64,000 bases of DNA from Minisyncoccia bacterium (GCA_041742075.1 JBGSJJ010000005.1:97481-161480); one strand, 5' to 3'. Counted from the stretch's first letter, positions 12,001 to 19,268 are shown. Notes: a model not told the origin generated them from the letters alone. Program-made: numbers and translations.

Positions 12001-14845
12001 TGAGTACTGGAACTATGCTCGTGATTTTGACGGCACTGTACTTACTAGTGCTGAGCGTCCTGTCGTGGTTTCTCATGCTTCAAATGCAACGACAACTGTC
12101 TCCGGAGGTACGCTTGAGATGGTTGGTGTACTCGGCAACGTCACGACGATTCAAAATCAAGGAGCTGGATCATATACTTTTATAGTGTCGGGCGGAACCT
12201 TCGAAGCAAATCACTATGAGTTTAATCACCTCAACATAAGTGGTCTACAGCTCAGTGGTACACCAACTATCACAGATTTGTCAGATGGATATTTTGAAGT
12301 GGCAGTCGATACTACGTCACTTATTACCTTGTCTTCAACCACCCTAAATGCCAATGCCTCGAAAATATTTGATAATGTTGGCTTCAACGCCGTCGGTCCG
12401 CTGTCTGGAAATAACATAAATCTAGTCGGAGAGACCAGTAATGCTTGGCGTTTCACCAATAGTTATGGAAATATTGATGGAGAAGGTTTTGACATTGATG
12501 GTATTGATGCTTGTGGATCTATCCGTTTTGACGACAGTTCTTGTCTCCTTACTGAACAAACACACGTCCGTTGGCGCTACGATGATGGGGGTGAAGGTGC
12601 TCCTGATAGCGAGTGGTACAATGACAGCTTTGACTACCGCAAGCGTATCAGAGTCGTGAACGAAGATGCTCAGAGCTACGCTTCAACTGCGGTAAAGGTA
12701 CAGGTTACCTACGATAGTGATATGCAAGCCAACTTCGAGGACTTGCGCTTCACGAGTGATGATGGACAAACACTTATTCCGCACTGGGTAGAAAAGTATA
12801 CCGCCAGTACCGACGCACAAGTCTGGGTGAGGGTACCTACTATGACGGCGAGCGATAACGCAACAGTCTTTATGTATTACGGTAGCAGTACAGCCCCAAG
12901 TGTCAGTTCCGGGTTGTCTACTTTTGATGTGTTTGATGACTTTGAGGATAACGACATTTCTGAGTACAGTGGGGCAACATCATTGTTCCAGACCACAGCA
13001 TCACCTGTTTATGGTGGAAGTTATGCCCTTCAAGCTTCCAACCCGCTTGGTAGAACTCAAACTGGAGGTATCTACCTAACTGACCAAACGACCGAGGAAG
13101 GTCAAATAATCCGCTTCACGCAGTACGTTGGTAGTGATAGTAATGATGCCTGTACACTGTTTGGCGTCCAGTCTGGTACATTAAACTACGCATTTTGTAT
13201 GATTCGATTTGGTGTAGACCGCATCGCGTTGGTTCAAGATGTGGAAGACAGTGATTCTTCAGGTACTAAACTTGCGTCTTCGTCCGCATCGTTTACGTCA
13301 GGCTGGTATGAGGTTGAGATTGACTGGCGAGCTAACAACACGGTGACTGCCTATATGTACAATTCTTCTGGATCGCTTGTCGCTTCAACTTCAGCTACCG
13401 GTGTCACGAGCTATGATGATGGTGGGTATGGCTTTACGTATTGGATAAACAACGGAGCGTGGGATAGCTATACTGCTCGTCCAGCCGGACCACGTCGTCC
13501 GCAAGTGTTTACCGGTATTGAGCAGACTTTCGGTGGCGCCACTTGGGCCGGAGCACTCGATGCACCAGCCAACGTCTTCCAACCAGGCGATACCGCTCGG
13601 CTACGTATTGCAATCGAAAACTCTGGTCTCGATATTACCAACCAGCAGTTCTTACTTGAGTATGCAGAAAAGGGCAATGCACCTAGTTGTGAAGCGGTTG
13701 CGGCTGGAGATTTTGATCCTGTACCGAACCAAGCTTCCTGTGGTCTCTCACCAGTGTGTATGCAGACCTCAACATTCATTGCCGATGGAGACGCGACAAC
13801 CGATCAGTTGTTTGGTACCAACGGTACCTTTGCTCCTGGTGAAATGGTGGAAAGCCCTTCTAGTAAAACAGGTGCACTTGATGTTGATCAGGATAATTAT
13901 ACCGAAATAGAGTATGTACTGACGCCAACCGTAAATGCGTCTGATGCCCTTTGTTTTAAAGCAACAAATGATGGAACCGATCTTGATTTCTACGCTACGG
14001 TGGCGGAACTTGGTCTTCAGTTTGATCCGATCCTAACGGGTATGAGTATTAATGGTGGTGGGGTGATTAGACTTACCCCAGGTACGACGACTCCGATTTA
14101 CGCGACGGGTACCGTGAGTGACTTTAACGGGTATCAAGACATTGTTTCAGCGACTACTACCTTCTACCGCAGTACCTCAAGTGCGGCCTGTCTCCCAGAT
14201 ACTAATAACTGCTACATTGCCACGTCAGCTTCATCAACCTATAGTGCCATCGCTTCAACGACCTGTAGCTTTACGTTGTGTTCAGGTAACAGCTGTACAC
14301 TCTCCTGTGTCGCCCATATGTATTACAACGCTGATCCAACCGATATGGGTACCTTTGAAGGTCAGGAATGGCTAGCGTTTGTCGAAGTTGAAGATGCGGG
14401 TAATGGCTATGACTTTGAAACAACACCAGGGGTTATCCTCGAGACACTTAGGTATATCGACGTAAGTAACGGTATCGATTATGGAGAGCTTACTCCGGAT
14501 ACAAACACTGGTAGCTATAACGCCTCAACAACTATCATCAACCTAGGTAACGAAAACCTCGACATCAACATTGAGTCAACTGACCTCTTGGGACTTAGTG
14601 GCTCATCAATTCCAGCCTTTAGACAGAAATTCTCTACCTCTACCTTTGATTACGATACGTGTGGACTGGCTTGTACAGCGCTCTCTTCGTCTTCACTTGT
14701 GAGTGCTCCGCTTGATTTACCAAAACCATTACTACCGGCGCCATTTATTAGTGACGATCTGTATTGGGGAATCTACGTACCGTTTGGTACCGGAGCGAGT
14801 GCGCACCAGGGAGTTAACACCCTCTACCCAGTAGCTGAGGATTAA
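2..14845 (+). CDS. Giant (>4919 aa) Ser/Thr-rich surface protein/adhesin, 5' truncated: WxGxxW beta-propeller-like repeats, Gly-rich domains, beta-helix repeats, 2x DUF2341, LamG-like domain, C-terminal pilin/WxL-like domain
   Basis: Frame is open from nt 2 (GDQFATGDNRNIETT...) into the ATG at 86 and no signal peptide is present, so the start is upstream. DUF2341-type motifs WNYRVPV...FPVYVNL...DGGDIRVT and FDYRKRI...FEDLRFT...VWVRVP; LamG-type FDGRIDEVRVS; three YSQDH...YWxYAxDFDGT repeats. Confidence 0.9.
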   Translation, partial: GDQFATGDNRNIETTATQAQITTTITEAMVAYGESSTLFPRYRIWSGSEWSEAENALSTNALVEWAELKAGTKRSEYALATLGTDGDVNVQIYDGNARTWGDMNELVTEIPVTGYRGVDIAYETDSGDLLAVACSDDDAVFSVWDGASWSTTTSLSLTKATDCQFIKMASDPDSDEIITVFKHEFTGDPDYEALVWTGSSWSASNLTFGAISQAANEGITVEYEESGDQAIVAVANGGGNNFVYNTWNGSSWSGNLTNALQDDFQHGVLKRDVGTDRMALCGIDVDGQVTSTVWDGSAWGTAYTLDTAGNSQAGRPVSCEFETLGDRDGYIMIPYSDTANARYQYGSTSYSGELDITGLNLSNGAWTTQTVRTNDGLILALFLKEDGPAPTDQYLFAYWDGASWLGQDTLSNLPSVTTTPFHESISMAAQIFPNFVDGTIRSTSINFADGDSPRWQEVSWTDSTPAGSTVEYRVYYETATGTFALIPESALSGNEDGFTTSPIDISDLDSDIYSVLQLEAELICDEDNCPSVLDWTVEWSEGISISGLALEYDQATALSTGTIAVAVNGDLQDGKTANISGTIGSQEEVFDTAGTSTFSVPAGVNELTVKSWGAGGGGGAGGLRNVGAVGGGGGFMQGTLSVTPAENLTVAVGGGGSSGSYGVPAGAGGGGGYSGVYRTSTPLIVAGGGGGGGAGAGGIGYAGVGAECAVTAAAATACLPQLPAGTAEHDVLIAVLHSRTDTAHTCTTNCTGWTEFSTQAGGNGRLSVWWYRQGTTTPTGPTFAGPTSGSYTGRIWAFRGVAQSGNPFDQVSSNTTQGATTNYAGSNLTSTVSNSMLVMVGGSVDDQAWGPGGGSCNVPSGANGDFYAVHAGSNNNSIFLCYDGTPSGGTGSLGVPSMTQAASVAGRWFNFNLRAETSVGAVAAGGGGVGGGLIGGDGGSGDTAFSATGGTISDLFGFRHHVFTASDTFEILSGTRPIDLLLVGGGGGGGGYQFGAGGGGAGGVRVLQNQALGVDTYTVTIGAGGTGGDNTDTSAGNGQSGGDSSFDAEVALGGGGGLRGARPNDGSTGFFGASGGGGGSTIINGVSHTGGTSTAGQGNDGGTGGASNGTDNQSAGGGGGATAVGSNGTNGTGGAGGAGINLGSLWGTSVGASGWFGGGGGGKRTNAGGDTAGAGGIGGGGGGVGDNNGTTATANTGGGGGGGAGTTATQYGGTGGSGVVIARYRIPFLGGFGGTQSAGGVSGGNGASGSAFLGGAGDTGVSGGAGGAGGFLGGASGGTGNSTSSEAGGGGGAGGYYGGGGGARGNAGLYSGTGGAGGSSYAIATATATSTISGSGNTAGNTGDSDYGGTAGTGGTGGALSTDGVSGADGRVVISWVGSTTPGTWTIPNVSAQVGDIITVFIVAPDGTKEAVAVTKYDGAGDISGMQLSERHLTLGSDDEPTISNQNLEVYKNNDNPNIFFDVSVAGVLNLCAEATCTDSRLRVLASTTYQPGANGSVINFQNSGTFAPATNTLRVLNRWQQQGTFLPDSSTIIFTATSGTPTLENATTSFVFNNVTFGETTGTASWTIDKPLDVGGALTVNYGTLARGTSTIMVAGNLSLGANGYITGLATTTFDGSGSNTWGDAKASASSTNIGHVVIDGTGKTITLAGNVGAQTVTIGADDTLNSSGSPFNINVVSAWTNYNAFIPQSGTVTFIGTTTGTIARGTSAFNNLTFSGVGGNWSFATATLALNGNFTIATGTVTLPTGTTTIAGSFLNTGGTFAHNNGEVRMTSTAGGRTITQSGTAFLNAFYDLVFAGSGSWSFNEANATTSRQFRIQSGTVTFPSGKLTVGGDFLTTGSGAFAHNNGEVVLLVQETNSVRANTSSFNNVRTVSAATGSWYNDTWNYRVPVVIQESQIDDTLTNFPVYVNLDDFSSSFFSNVKADGGDIRVTESNGITEVPVEVVSIDTSGTTGEIYFRATSLASTTNTTYYVYYGNTTATTVASTTAYGARNVWSNSYVLVSHMDDLTTSIVENSAGAVNGIKTNTSGTAVPGNPPEVSTGRIYEAQDLSTVPIQHTGNFLNSQTQYNVSLWFNPDNIAGSAPQETNVYGHSLYGVSSAGNYDWVSIGGSTAGTSANSSEICVRAFTNSTTCNVTSGTNLTAGNWYYLSINAVQNSTLTARVNGTTRGTFTAGNLAPNTNFTIGALRPNRTPPIVFDGRIDEVRVSTTTRTDAWRDAEYRNLATTTTFYTVSTPETGRTRTFADTNATILGNLVLENGGDATFPTGVLGIGGSFDNNADFTANGGTVRFNSTAGAETIAVGSSTFATLDFNSATGNFTVTENATATVAISLTNVSQFTLQSGLRLATAGTFSNAANGSNTTWTGSTLALLGSDHSINTKTSTGDAYGTLQTTGDTDIAMWNSTSTVYDTASTSSIYSQDHNGVDGDLYIFGNYVRSTGTEYWSYATDFDGTNLGTTSGRQVDVRVATSSTVGFSSSTLSMQGSATASTTIDAQTGAFSLNASNTTITAEYFTVAGTDASGFGLRASTTLSTFRDGFFTVTPGRTGITISSTTVSHNPSAQFYRIGFATTSAGTASNVTLVGTSTSFVWFREGGGGLYGEAYDAGDANPGSVRWDDSSNSIVVSGIVYADDGVTPRSSSTVVRIVVDGGTYTATTSSTAGTGAYSFPAVNYIGDPKIVVYLDTNGGVTGSVVTKTPTSNITNMHIYVNRVITRHQDILPLTASDMQSFDFDNDTDLRFIAATTSLTVLPSTELFVFASTTFAPGGNVTLLGNGSSTSYEGTLQIGTNATFRASSTETHTLAGRFVMATTSTFTSASSTFIFNATTTGKSITSPNTVTFNEIAFTGVGGGWNITAPLTVVQSMQIATGTVTGTSNISLLYGSLYGDGTLSFGSGTTTLARSNTFGGMRAWTLNNLVLGNGVNVGTTTPVTVATTTILGRLTIASAHFLDAGSTSWNLNGSGTVFVETGNLLEGTSSFRYSGASSSILSTTYYNLELNAGSPNPVYTAVGSGINVLNDLVVGGTASTTVNFATNDPVLAVGNDMRIQPNGTFIASDSGLFTITGSYDNNGVFTGSNGTTTFIGSGSETISAGNSAFSSVNINGTGSFTITENATSTGAFTLTNHANFTVASGQTLSFGGAFTNTLGGGATTFASSTLHFYGGNTKSINASTTSDSYETLSVASGTNVRMWNSNAITYAATGGIYSQDHNGNNGLLHIYGAYTSSANNDYWSYATDFDGTSLVGGSERQAVVALASSASASYSGGSLTVLGSTTATTSITNQGSGIYGLTIGGTTATNWNHVSIRDINSSGVVFGGSPTVANFSNTDHLVKINSATAVTVGGSVINANEAKSFTGNIFEADLGVTGAVNVTATGTAVSSWRFTLHSGDIAGEAYDSDPQGDPGYITWDDSAASITVSGTVYSDESSTLSNVCDGVTQNIRLVVKSETTDKAYDMTCDATTRVYSTSSVAYSPNDLLVVYIVGETEKATSATTEPISSINNLHLIENRVIVRHESTNPLTIARMSLWDSSDDSDIQYTAVNATPDTLTIPADRKLLIWTGKTFEPNGNVTVSGGGSGSAEDGTLEAQTNARFRASSTVAQVHSIGGSFIFNTGAVFESALSTTSFTTTGSGRTIDVNEGAFSNASFSGSGSWNVTDPTLTVRGSLLQSAGALTFGTATTTIGRSFNATGGSFTINNSPLIFTSTTTGNTVRFDDSPVASMYFTGTSGAWTLADTNATATQSVIVERGTLTFPSGNFAIGGSLRNVSGAFVHNTADLIMTATTSALVRASSSDLYAIRFAGAGPFTLEDVSTTFRDNFTIASGTVTVGTGTLAVGGSFDTTGGVFNHASGTVLLNASAVGKTVNPGSSPFYNLQIGAPAGGYTFLNATTTNNLTFASVSNFTQQSGSRLYVGGVFSNVVQNASTTWTGSTLALGPNQAYNVNSRTNSGDTYGTLTIDANSDIRFWYSSAATTTVASTASLYSQDHNNTNGALYIYGDFGISSTTEYWNYARDFDGTVLTSAERPVVVSHASNATTTVSGGTLEMVGVLGNVTTIQNQGAGSYTFIVSGGTFEANHYEFNHLNISGLQLSGTPTITDLSDGYFEVAVDTTSLITLSSTTLNANASKIFDNVGFNAVGPLSGNNINLVGETSNAWRFTNSYGNIDGEGFDIDGIDACGSIRFDDSSCLLTEQTHVRWRYDDGGEGAPDSEWYNDSFDYRKRIRVVNEDAQSYASTAVKVQVTYDSDMQANFEDLRFTSDDGQTLIPHWVEKYTASTDAQVWVRVPTMTASDNATVFMYYGSSTAPSVSSGLSTFDVFDDFEDNDISEYSGATSLFQTTASPVYGGSYALQASNPLGRTQTGGIYLTDQTTEEGQIIRFTQYVGSDSNDACTLFGVQSGTLNYAFCMIRFGVDRIALVQDVEDSDSSGTKLASSSASFTSGWYEVEIDWRANNTVTAYMYNSSGSLVASTSATGVTSYDDGGYGFTYWINNGAWDSYTARPAGPRRPQVFTGIEQTFGGATWAGALDAPANVFQPGDTARLRIAIENSGLDITNQQFLLEYAEKGNAPSCEAVAAGDFDPVPNQASCGLSPVCMQTSTFIADGDATTDQLFGTNGTFAPGEMVESPSSKTGALDVDQDNYTEIEYVLTPTVNASDALCFKATNDGTDLDFYATVAELGLQFDPILTGMSINGGGVIRLTPGTTTPIYATGTVSDFNGYQDIVSATTTFYRSTSSAACLPDTNNCYIATSASSTYSAIASTTCSFTLCSGNSCTLSCVAHMYYNADPTDMGTFEGQEWLAFVEVEDAGNGYDFETTPGVILETLRYIDVSNGIDYGELTPDTNTGSYNASTTIINLGNENLDINIESTDLLGLSGSSIPAFRQKFSTSTFDYDTCGLACTALSSSSLVSAPLDLPKPLLPAPFISDDLYWGIYVPFGTGASAHQGVNTLYPVAED

Positions 14846-14863
14846 GTGGTACGATAGTGATAC

Positions 14864-16375
14864 ATGAAACGGAGTTTCGCTTCTATTTTTTTGACGTTCT
14901 TTTTTGTCGCAACGGTAACGTATGCGCAATCGAGTGACGTCAGGCCCCCAACTATCTCTGGAGTACAAATTGAGCAGGTGTCGCCAACTGAAGTAAACAT
15001 TACGTGGCAGACCGATGAGGACGCTGACTCACTCGTTAACTACGGACTCAAACCCGATTACGGAATTGTGCGTATTCCCGACCCCAGTCGAGTAACGCAT
15101 AGCGTGACGCTCGATGAACTCGAGCCAGGCAGACAGTATTACTTCCGCGTTGTTTCAGCCGATGCTGAAGGGAACCAAGGTATCTCGGCTGATTACAAAA
15201 TTCAGACTGATGCCGAGCCGTCAGAAAACTCTGGCTCTGGAGCAGGGGAGGGGCAAGCAGAAAGTGCTGGCGAGGGTCAAGGATCAGGTCAAAGTCCGGG
15301 ACAAGGAGGGAATCAGTCAACGACTGAAGAAATTGTCGAGCAGATTGAACAAATAACCGAAGTTACTCAACTCCAAGAAATTCTGGAAGTAACGATTCAG
15401 GCAATTCAGGGTATAACCGACGACCTTACTATTATCGGTCCGCCAACTGTCATTCCTGAAACAACGACCGCCATTGTCCGTTGGACCACTGACCGCGATG
15501 CCGATTCCACAGTGTTATTTTCAAGAACAAGTGGTTTCAATGGTACAGACTATGCCTTTTCTCAATCAAGTACCGGTGGAGCCACGCGAGACCATGAAGT
15601 ACAGCTCATTGGACTAGAGTCATTTACTGACTATAGCTTCAAAGTGCAATCAACTGACGCTCTTGGCGTACTCGGGGAAAGTCGTAATTTTACTTTCAAA
15701 ACTAAGGCGTCGTTACCAGATATTCGCAACCTTCGTATCGTAAAAGTAGAAGAAAGTTCAGCTACGATTGCTTGGGAAACTACTGTGCCAGCTAAAGCAC
15801 TCATTGAGTATCAAGACCTCACGACCGGTGTACAGAACTCAATCGGTCGACCGACCCTAGCGACGACGCACCAAATGCGTATCGCTGACCTTACGCTTGG
15901 TACTCGCTACGTTGCCTTCGTGGTGGCTGAAAACTCCGGTGGTGACCGTGTCCGCAGTCAGCCAATTACCTTTATTACGACCCGTGACTCAGCGCCACCA
16001 ATCATTAGCAACGTCACAAACGAATCAACCATTTTCCCGGGCGGTGAATCGCGTATTCAAACTATTGTGGAGTGGCGTACCGATGAACCTGCGTACTGTA
16101 CGATGACGTATCGTGAAGGAGTGGCCGGTGGTGTCGACCCAGTGACGCTAGAAGACGAAGAAATTAACTACACTGAACGTCACGTGAAGGTGATTATCGA
16201 TTTTGCTTCTGCCACTGTGTATCAGTTCTGGCTTAACTGTACTGATGAGGCTGGAAACGCCATCCAGTCAGAAAATTTTGTACTCTTTACACCGGTCCAA
16301 GAGAAAAACATTATCGACTTGATTCTCGAGAACTTTGAGTCAACATTTGGATGGGTAAAGAATATAACGGGGTAA
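14864..16375 (+). CDS. Secreted fibronectin type III (purple acid phosphatase N-terminal-like) repeat protein
   Basis: Signal peptide; four units of WxTxxxA...HxVxL..L.....Y; C-terminal amphipathic IIDLILENFESTFGWVK. Confidence 0.85.
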   Translation: MKRSFASIFLTFFFVATVTYAQSSDVRPPTISGVQIEQVSPTEVNITWQTDEDADSLVNYGLKPDYGIVRIPDPSRVTHSVTLDELEPGRQYYFRVVSADAEGNQGISADYKIQTDAEPSENSGSGAGEGQAESAGEGQGSGQSPGQGGNQSTTEEIVEQIEQITEVTQLQEILEVTIQAIQGITDDLTIIGPPTVIPETTTAIVRWTTDRDADSTVLFSRTSGFNGTDYAFSQSSTGGATRDHEVQLIGLESFTDYSFKVQSTDALGVLGESRNFTFKTKASLPDIRNLRIVKVEESSATIAWETTVPAKALIEYQDLTTGVQNSIGRPTLATTHQMRIADLTLGTRYVAFVVAENSGGDRVRSQPITFITTRDSAPPIISNVTNESTIFPGGESRIQTIVEWRTDEPAYCTMTYREGVAGGVDPVTLEDEEINYTERHVKVIIDFASATVYQFWLNCTDEAGNAIQSENFVLFTPVQEKNIIDLILENFESTFGWVKNITG

Positions 16376-16407
16376 TACATGGCATCTCAAAATCTCTTTG
16401 GGTTAAG

Positions 16408-16599
16408 GCAAGACACCAGCGTACATTCCTTACAGGAACTGTACACCTTTTGGATATTTCTGTTCATTACATTCCAGAACTTTCTCAAAAGGTCTTGCGC
16501 TGTGAGTCCCTACTCACGACTCACTCCCTCTGGGGTCGTCTGTACTGGGTGTTTGCATAAGGGAAATATTCTCGTGGCTTCGCCACTTGGTATTTCCCT
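16408..16599 (+). other. Highly structured intergenic element (candidate ncRNA or palindromic MITE/REP-like element)
   Basis: At least six helices, e.g. accttttg/caaaaggt, gtgagt/actcac, agggaaata/tatttccct, gtggc/gccac. No family recognised; strand uncertain. Confidence 0.5.
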
Positions 16600-16677
16600 A
16601 AAATATAACCGGCTAACCGTATGCACAGTCACTTCCACCTATATATTGTGTTCTGTGTTCTAATGAACTAAATAGTT

Positions 16678-18000
16678 ATGGCAAAACCGCTCATTGTGTG
16701 TCGAAATCTCGACATCATCTACAACAAAGGAAAATCAAACGAATTTAGAGCACTTCAAAATGCTAGTACTGACATCTATGAAGGTGAGTACATTATTCTG
16801 TTCGGTGCGTCTGGTTCAGGTAAGTCTACCCTCATGTATGCCATCCAGGGCTCACTGCCACCAGGCGGAGGAACCATGCTTATTGGTGGGGAAGACATTT
16901 ACAATATCCCGGTTGATGACCGTATCTACTTTCAACGATACATCATGGGTATTATCTTCCAGTCATTTAACCTGATTGGGTCTCTTTCGGTACTCGACAA
17001 TGTAGCCCTGCCGATGATTTTTGCTAACGTGAATAAGCCAACCCGCGAACGTCGCGCACAATCGCTTCTCGAGCGGTTTGGTGTTGGTCACGTCTCACAC
17101 AAGATCCCAGCGATGCTTTCCGGAGGTCAGCAACAACGTGTTTCAGTAGCACGGTCGATGGTTAATGACCCTAAGATTCTTCTGGCTGACGAACCGACCG
17201 GTAACCTCGACTCGGTTTCGACTCAGCAAGTAATGGACAAAATTGATGAAATTAACACGTTCGATAAACGCACAATTATCATGGTGTCGCACAACGCGGC
17301 CCACTTGAGCTACGCCCACCGTGTGTACTACCTCAAAGACGGTTTTATTGTCCGTGAAGTGGTAAACCCACAGCGTAAGCAAATCAAACCGGTAAAAGAG
17401 GGGGAGACGATTGTAACTGAACTCGAACAGCTCGCCCGGCTTTTCCCCTATGACTCAGTTGATACCCTTCGCGTAAAAAGTTTAGTAAATCTCCTCACGC
17501 AGGAGTATACCTTTGATCAACTTGAGCGAATGGAACGGGTGATGAGCTTCTTGATTGAAGGTAAGGTGGATAAAACTGCCGTCATAAAGGCCCTAGTCCT
17601 CCCGTACGAACAAGGTGGTGTCGGGATACCGGAAAAAGATGCGCGAAAAATGGTACATATCGCTACTAAGATTGTTGGACAAGCAGAGGATATTCGGCGC
17701 TTCAGAAAAAAGCATACTGATGACCATGTATTTTTTGACCAGCACCGTCTTGCTGAACGATTGCGCGACCATCTTCTCCAATCATATCGTCTCGCTCTTT
17801 CAAAAAAGCAAGATGAAAACTTGGTTGAACTCATCGCTGACCGAGTGGTTGGTGTGAGTGGGGAAGATGAATTTAATGCTGAGCTCATGAAAGGTGTGAG
17901 TGTCGGTGGGTTAGCTCTTTCAGAAAAAGAGGCCGATGACCTCACTCGCTATTTTGAAAAAATTATTGCCCTTGGTGTGGATGTAAGCTACAAGTCGTAG
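16678..18000 (+). CDS. ABC transporter ATP-binding protein (MacB/LolD family) with ~200 aa C-terminal extension
   Basis: Walker A GASGSGKS, Q-loop IFQSFNL, signature LSGGQQQRV, Walker B LLADEPTGNLD, H-loop VSHN. Confidence 0.93.
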   Translation: MAKPLIVCRNLDIIYNKGKSNEFRALQNASTDIYEGEYIILFGASGSGKSTLMYAIQGSLPPGGGTMLIGGEDIYNIPVDDRIYFQRYIMGIIFQSFNLIGSLSVLDNVALPMIFANVNKPTRERRAQSLLERFGVGHVSHKIPAMLSGGQQQRVSVARSMVNDPKILLADEPTGNLDSVSTQQVMDKIDEINTFDKRTIIMVSHNAAHLSYAHRVYYLKDGFIVREVVNPQRKQIKPVKEGETIVTELEQLARLFPYDSVDTLRVKSLVNLLTQEYTFDQLERMERVMSFLIEGKVDKTAVIKALVLPYEQGGVGIPEKDARKMVHIATKIVGQAEDIRRFRKKHTDDHVFFDQHRLAERLRDHLLQSYRLALSKKQDENLVELIADRVVGVSGEDEFNAELMKGVSVGGLALSEKEADDLTRYFEKIIALGVDVSYKS

Positions 18001-18009
18001 AGAAAGTTT

Positions 18010-18018
18010 TGCTATACT
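18010..18018 (+). promoter_or_regulatory. Extended -10 promoter TGCTATACT, probably leaderless transcript
   Basis: TGnTATACT 6 nt before the ATG at 18025; the same motif precedes many genes in the window. Confidence 0.6.
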
Positions 18019-18024
18019 GACCAT

Positions 18025-19233
18025 ATGAGACTCCAAGATTTGGCCCAGCTCTCCACGCGTGCTTTTAAAACCAACCCGCTTCGTACCTGGTTAACTATTT
18101 TAGGTATGGGAGTGGGTACTGGTGCGGTGGTGGTTTTGGTGGGACTTGGTTTCGGACTCCAACAGATTATTTTGGAGCAAATTGTGTTTGGAGAAACATT
18201 GCTTTCCCTGGGTGTATCAGCCACTGGTGCACAAAACTTACGTCTGACACCGGAAGTGGTAAACGAATTTAAGCAAATGGATAACGTGCTCGATGCTGCG
18301 CCACTGGCTCGTTTTCCGGCTTTGGTAACCTATAAAGGCCTCACTGGTAACGTATTCGTGCAAGGCGCTGAACCGCCCTATATGCGCTATGGCGGAGTGA
18401 CTGCCCAAGAAGGAGAGGTGTTTACTGACGAAGACTTGGGGGACACCAATACCGTAATGCTTTCACCAGCCGTATTGAAACTATTCGGCATTGAAGATAT
18501 GGAAGGCTTTGTCGGTGAAAAAGTTCGCTTTCGTATTTTGGTTCCCGCTAACGACGGTACTGACACTATTAATGAAGTGGTGATTGAAAAAGACTACACG
18601 GTACGCGGTATTACTAAAGAAGAAGGGGTGCTCAATGCTCTTATGATGCTTCCCGAACTGCGTACGTATATTGGTATCGAAGAGTTCGAGCGTGTCCAGG
18701 TTCGTGTCGAAAGTAGCGAGTTCTTGCCAGTCGTAGAAGCGCAACTGATTGAAATGGGGTATCGAGTAACGGCTTTGTCAAAGACCGTTGAGCAAGCATC
18801 GAAAATCTTCCAAGGAGTTCAGGCTGTTTTAGCTACGTTTGGTGGTATAGCTCTCTTGGTGTCAGCTATCGGTATGTTTAACACCATGACAGTGACTCTC
18901 CTCGAGCGAACCAAGGAAATTGGTATTATGCGTACTATTGGTGCTGCGCCACAGGACATTAAGTGGCTGTTCGTCTCTGAGTCTATCGTGGTGGGTTTTC
19001 TTGGGGGTATATCGGGGATTGTGATGGGGGTGACCCTTGGTTTGGTGGTAAACCTGCTTCTTAATATCGCGGCCAGTCAATTCGGCGGTGAATCAGTTAA
19101 CCTCTTTTCCTTCCCAATTCCATTCCTCATTTTCATTGCGCTTTTCTCCGCGACGGTGGGTTACTTAACAGGAATTTTCCCAGCGAAGCGGGCGGCGTCT
19201 TTGAACCCACTTGATGCGATTCGCTACGAATAG
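18025..19233 (+). CDS. ABC transporter permease, MacB/FtsX family
   Basis: RTWLTILGMGVG N-terminal TM, large extracytoplasmic domain, ERTKEIGIMRTIGA motif, ends PAKRAASLNPLDAIRYE. Confidence 0.93.
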   Translation: MRLQDLAQLSTRAFKTNPLRTWLTILGMGVGTGAVVVLVGLGFGLQQIILEQIVFGETLLSLGVSATGAQNLRLTPEVVNEFKQMDNVLDAAPLARFPALVTYKGLTGNVFVQGAEPPYMRYGGVTAQEGEVFTDEDLGDTNTVMLSPAVLKLFGIEDMEGFVGEKVRFRILVPANDGTDTINEVVIEKDYTVRGITKEEGVLNALMMLPELRTYIGIEEFERVQVRVESSEFLPVVEAQLIEMGYRVTALSKTVEQASKIFQGVQAVLATFGGIALLVSAIGMFNTMTVTLLERTKEIGIMRTIGAAPQDIKWLFVSESIVVGFLGGISGIVMGVTLGLVVNLLLNIAASQFGGESVNLFSFPIPFLIFIALFSATVGYLTGIFPAKRAASLNPLDAIRYE

Positions 19234-19268
19234 GTAAGTCGGAGCACCCGAAAGCCTCGCGTACTTTA

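Noticed and set aside
16379-16663. 94 aa ORF (and the overlapping 69 aa ORF at 16351)
   Set aside because: No recognisable protein features; coincides with a dense palindromic element that explains the region better.
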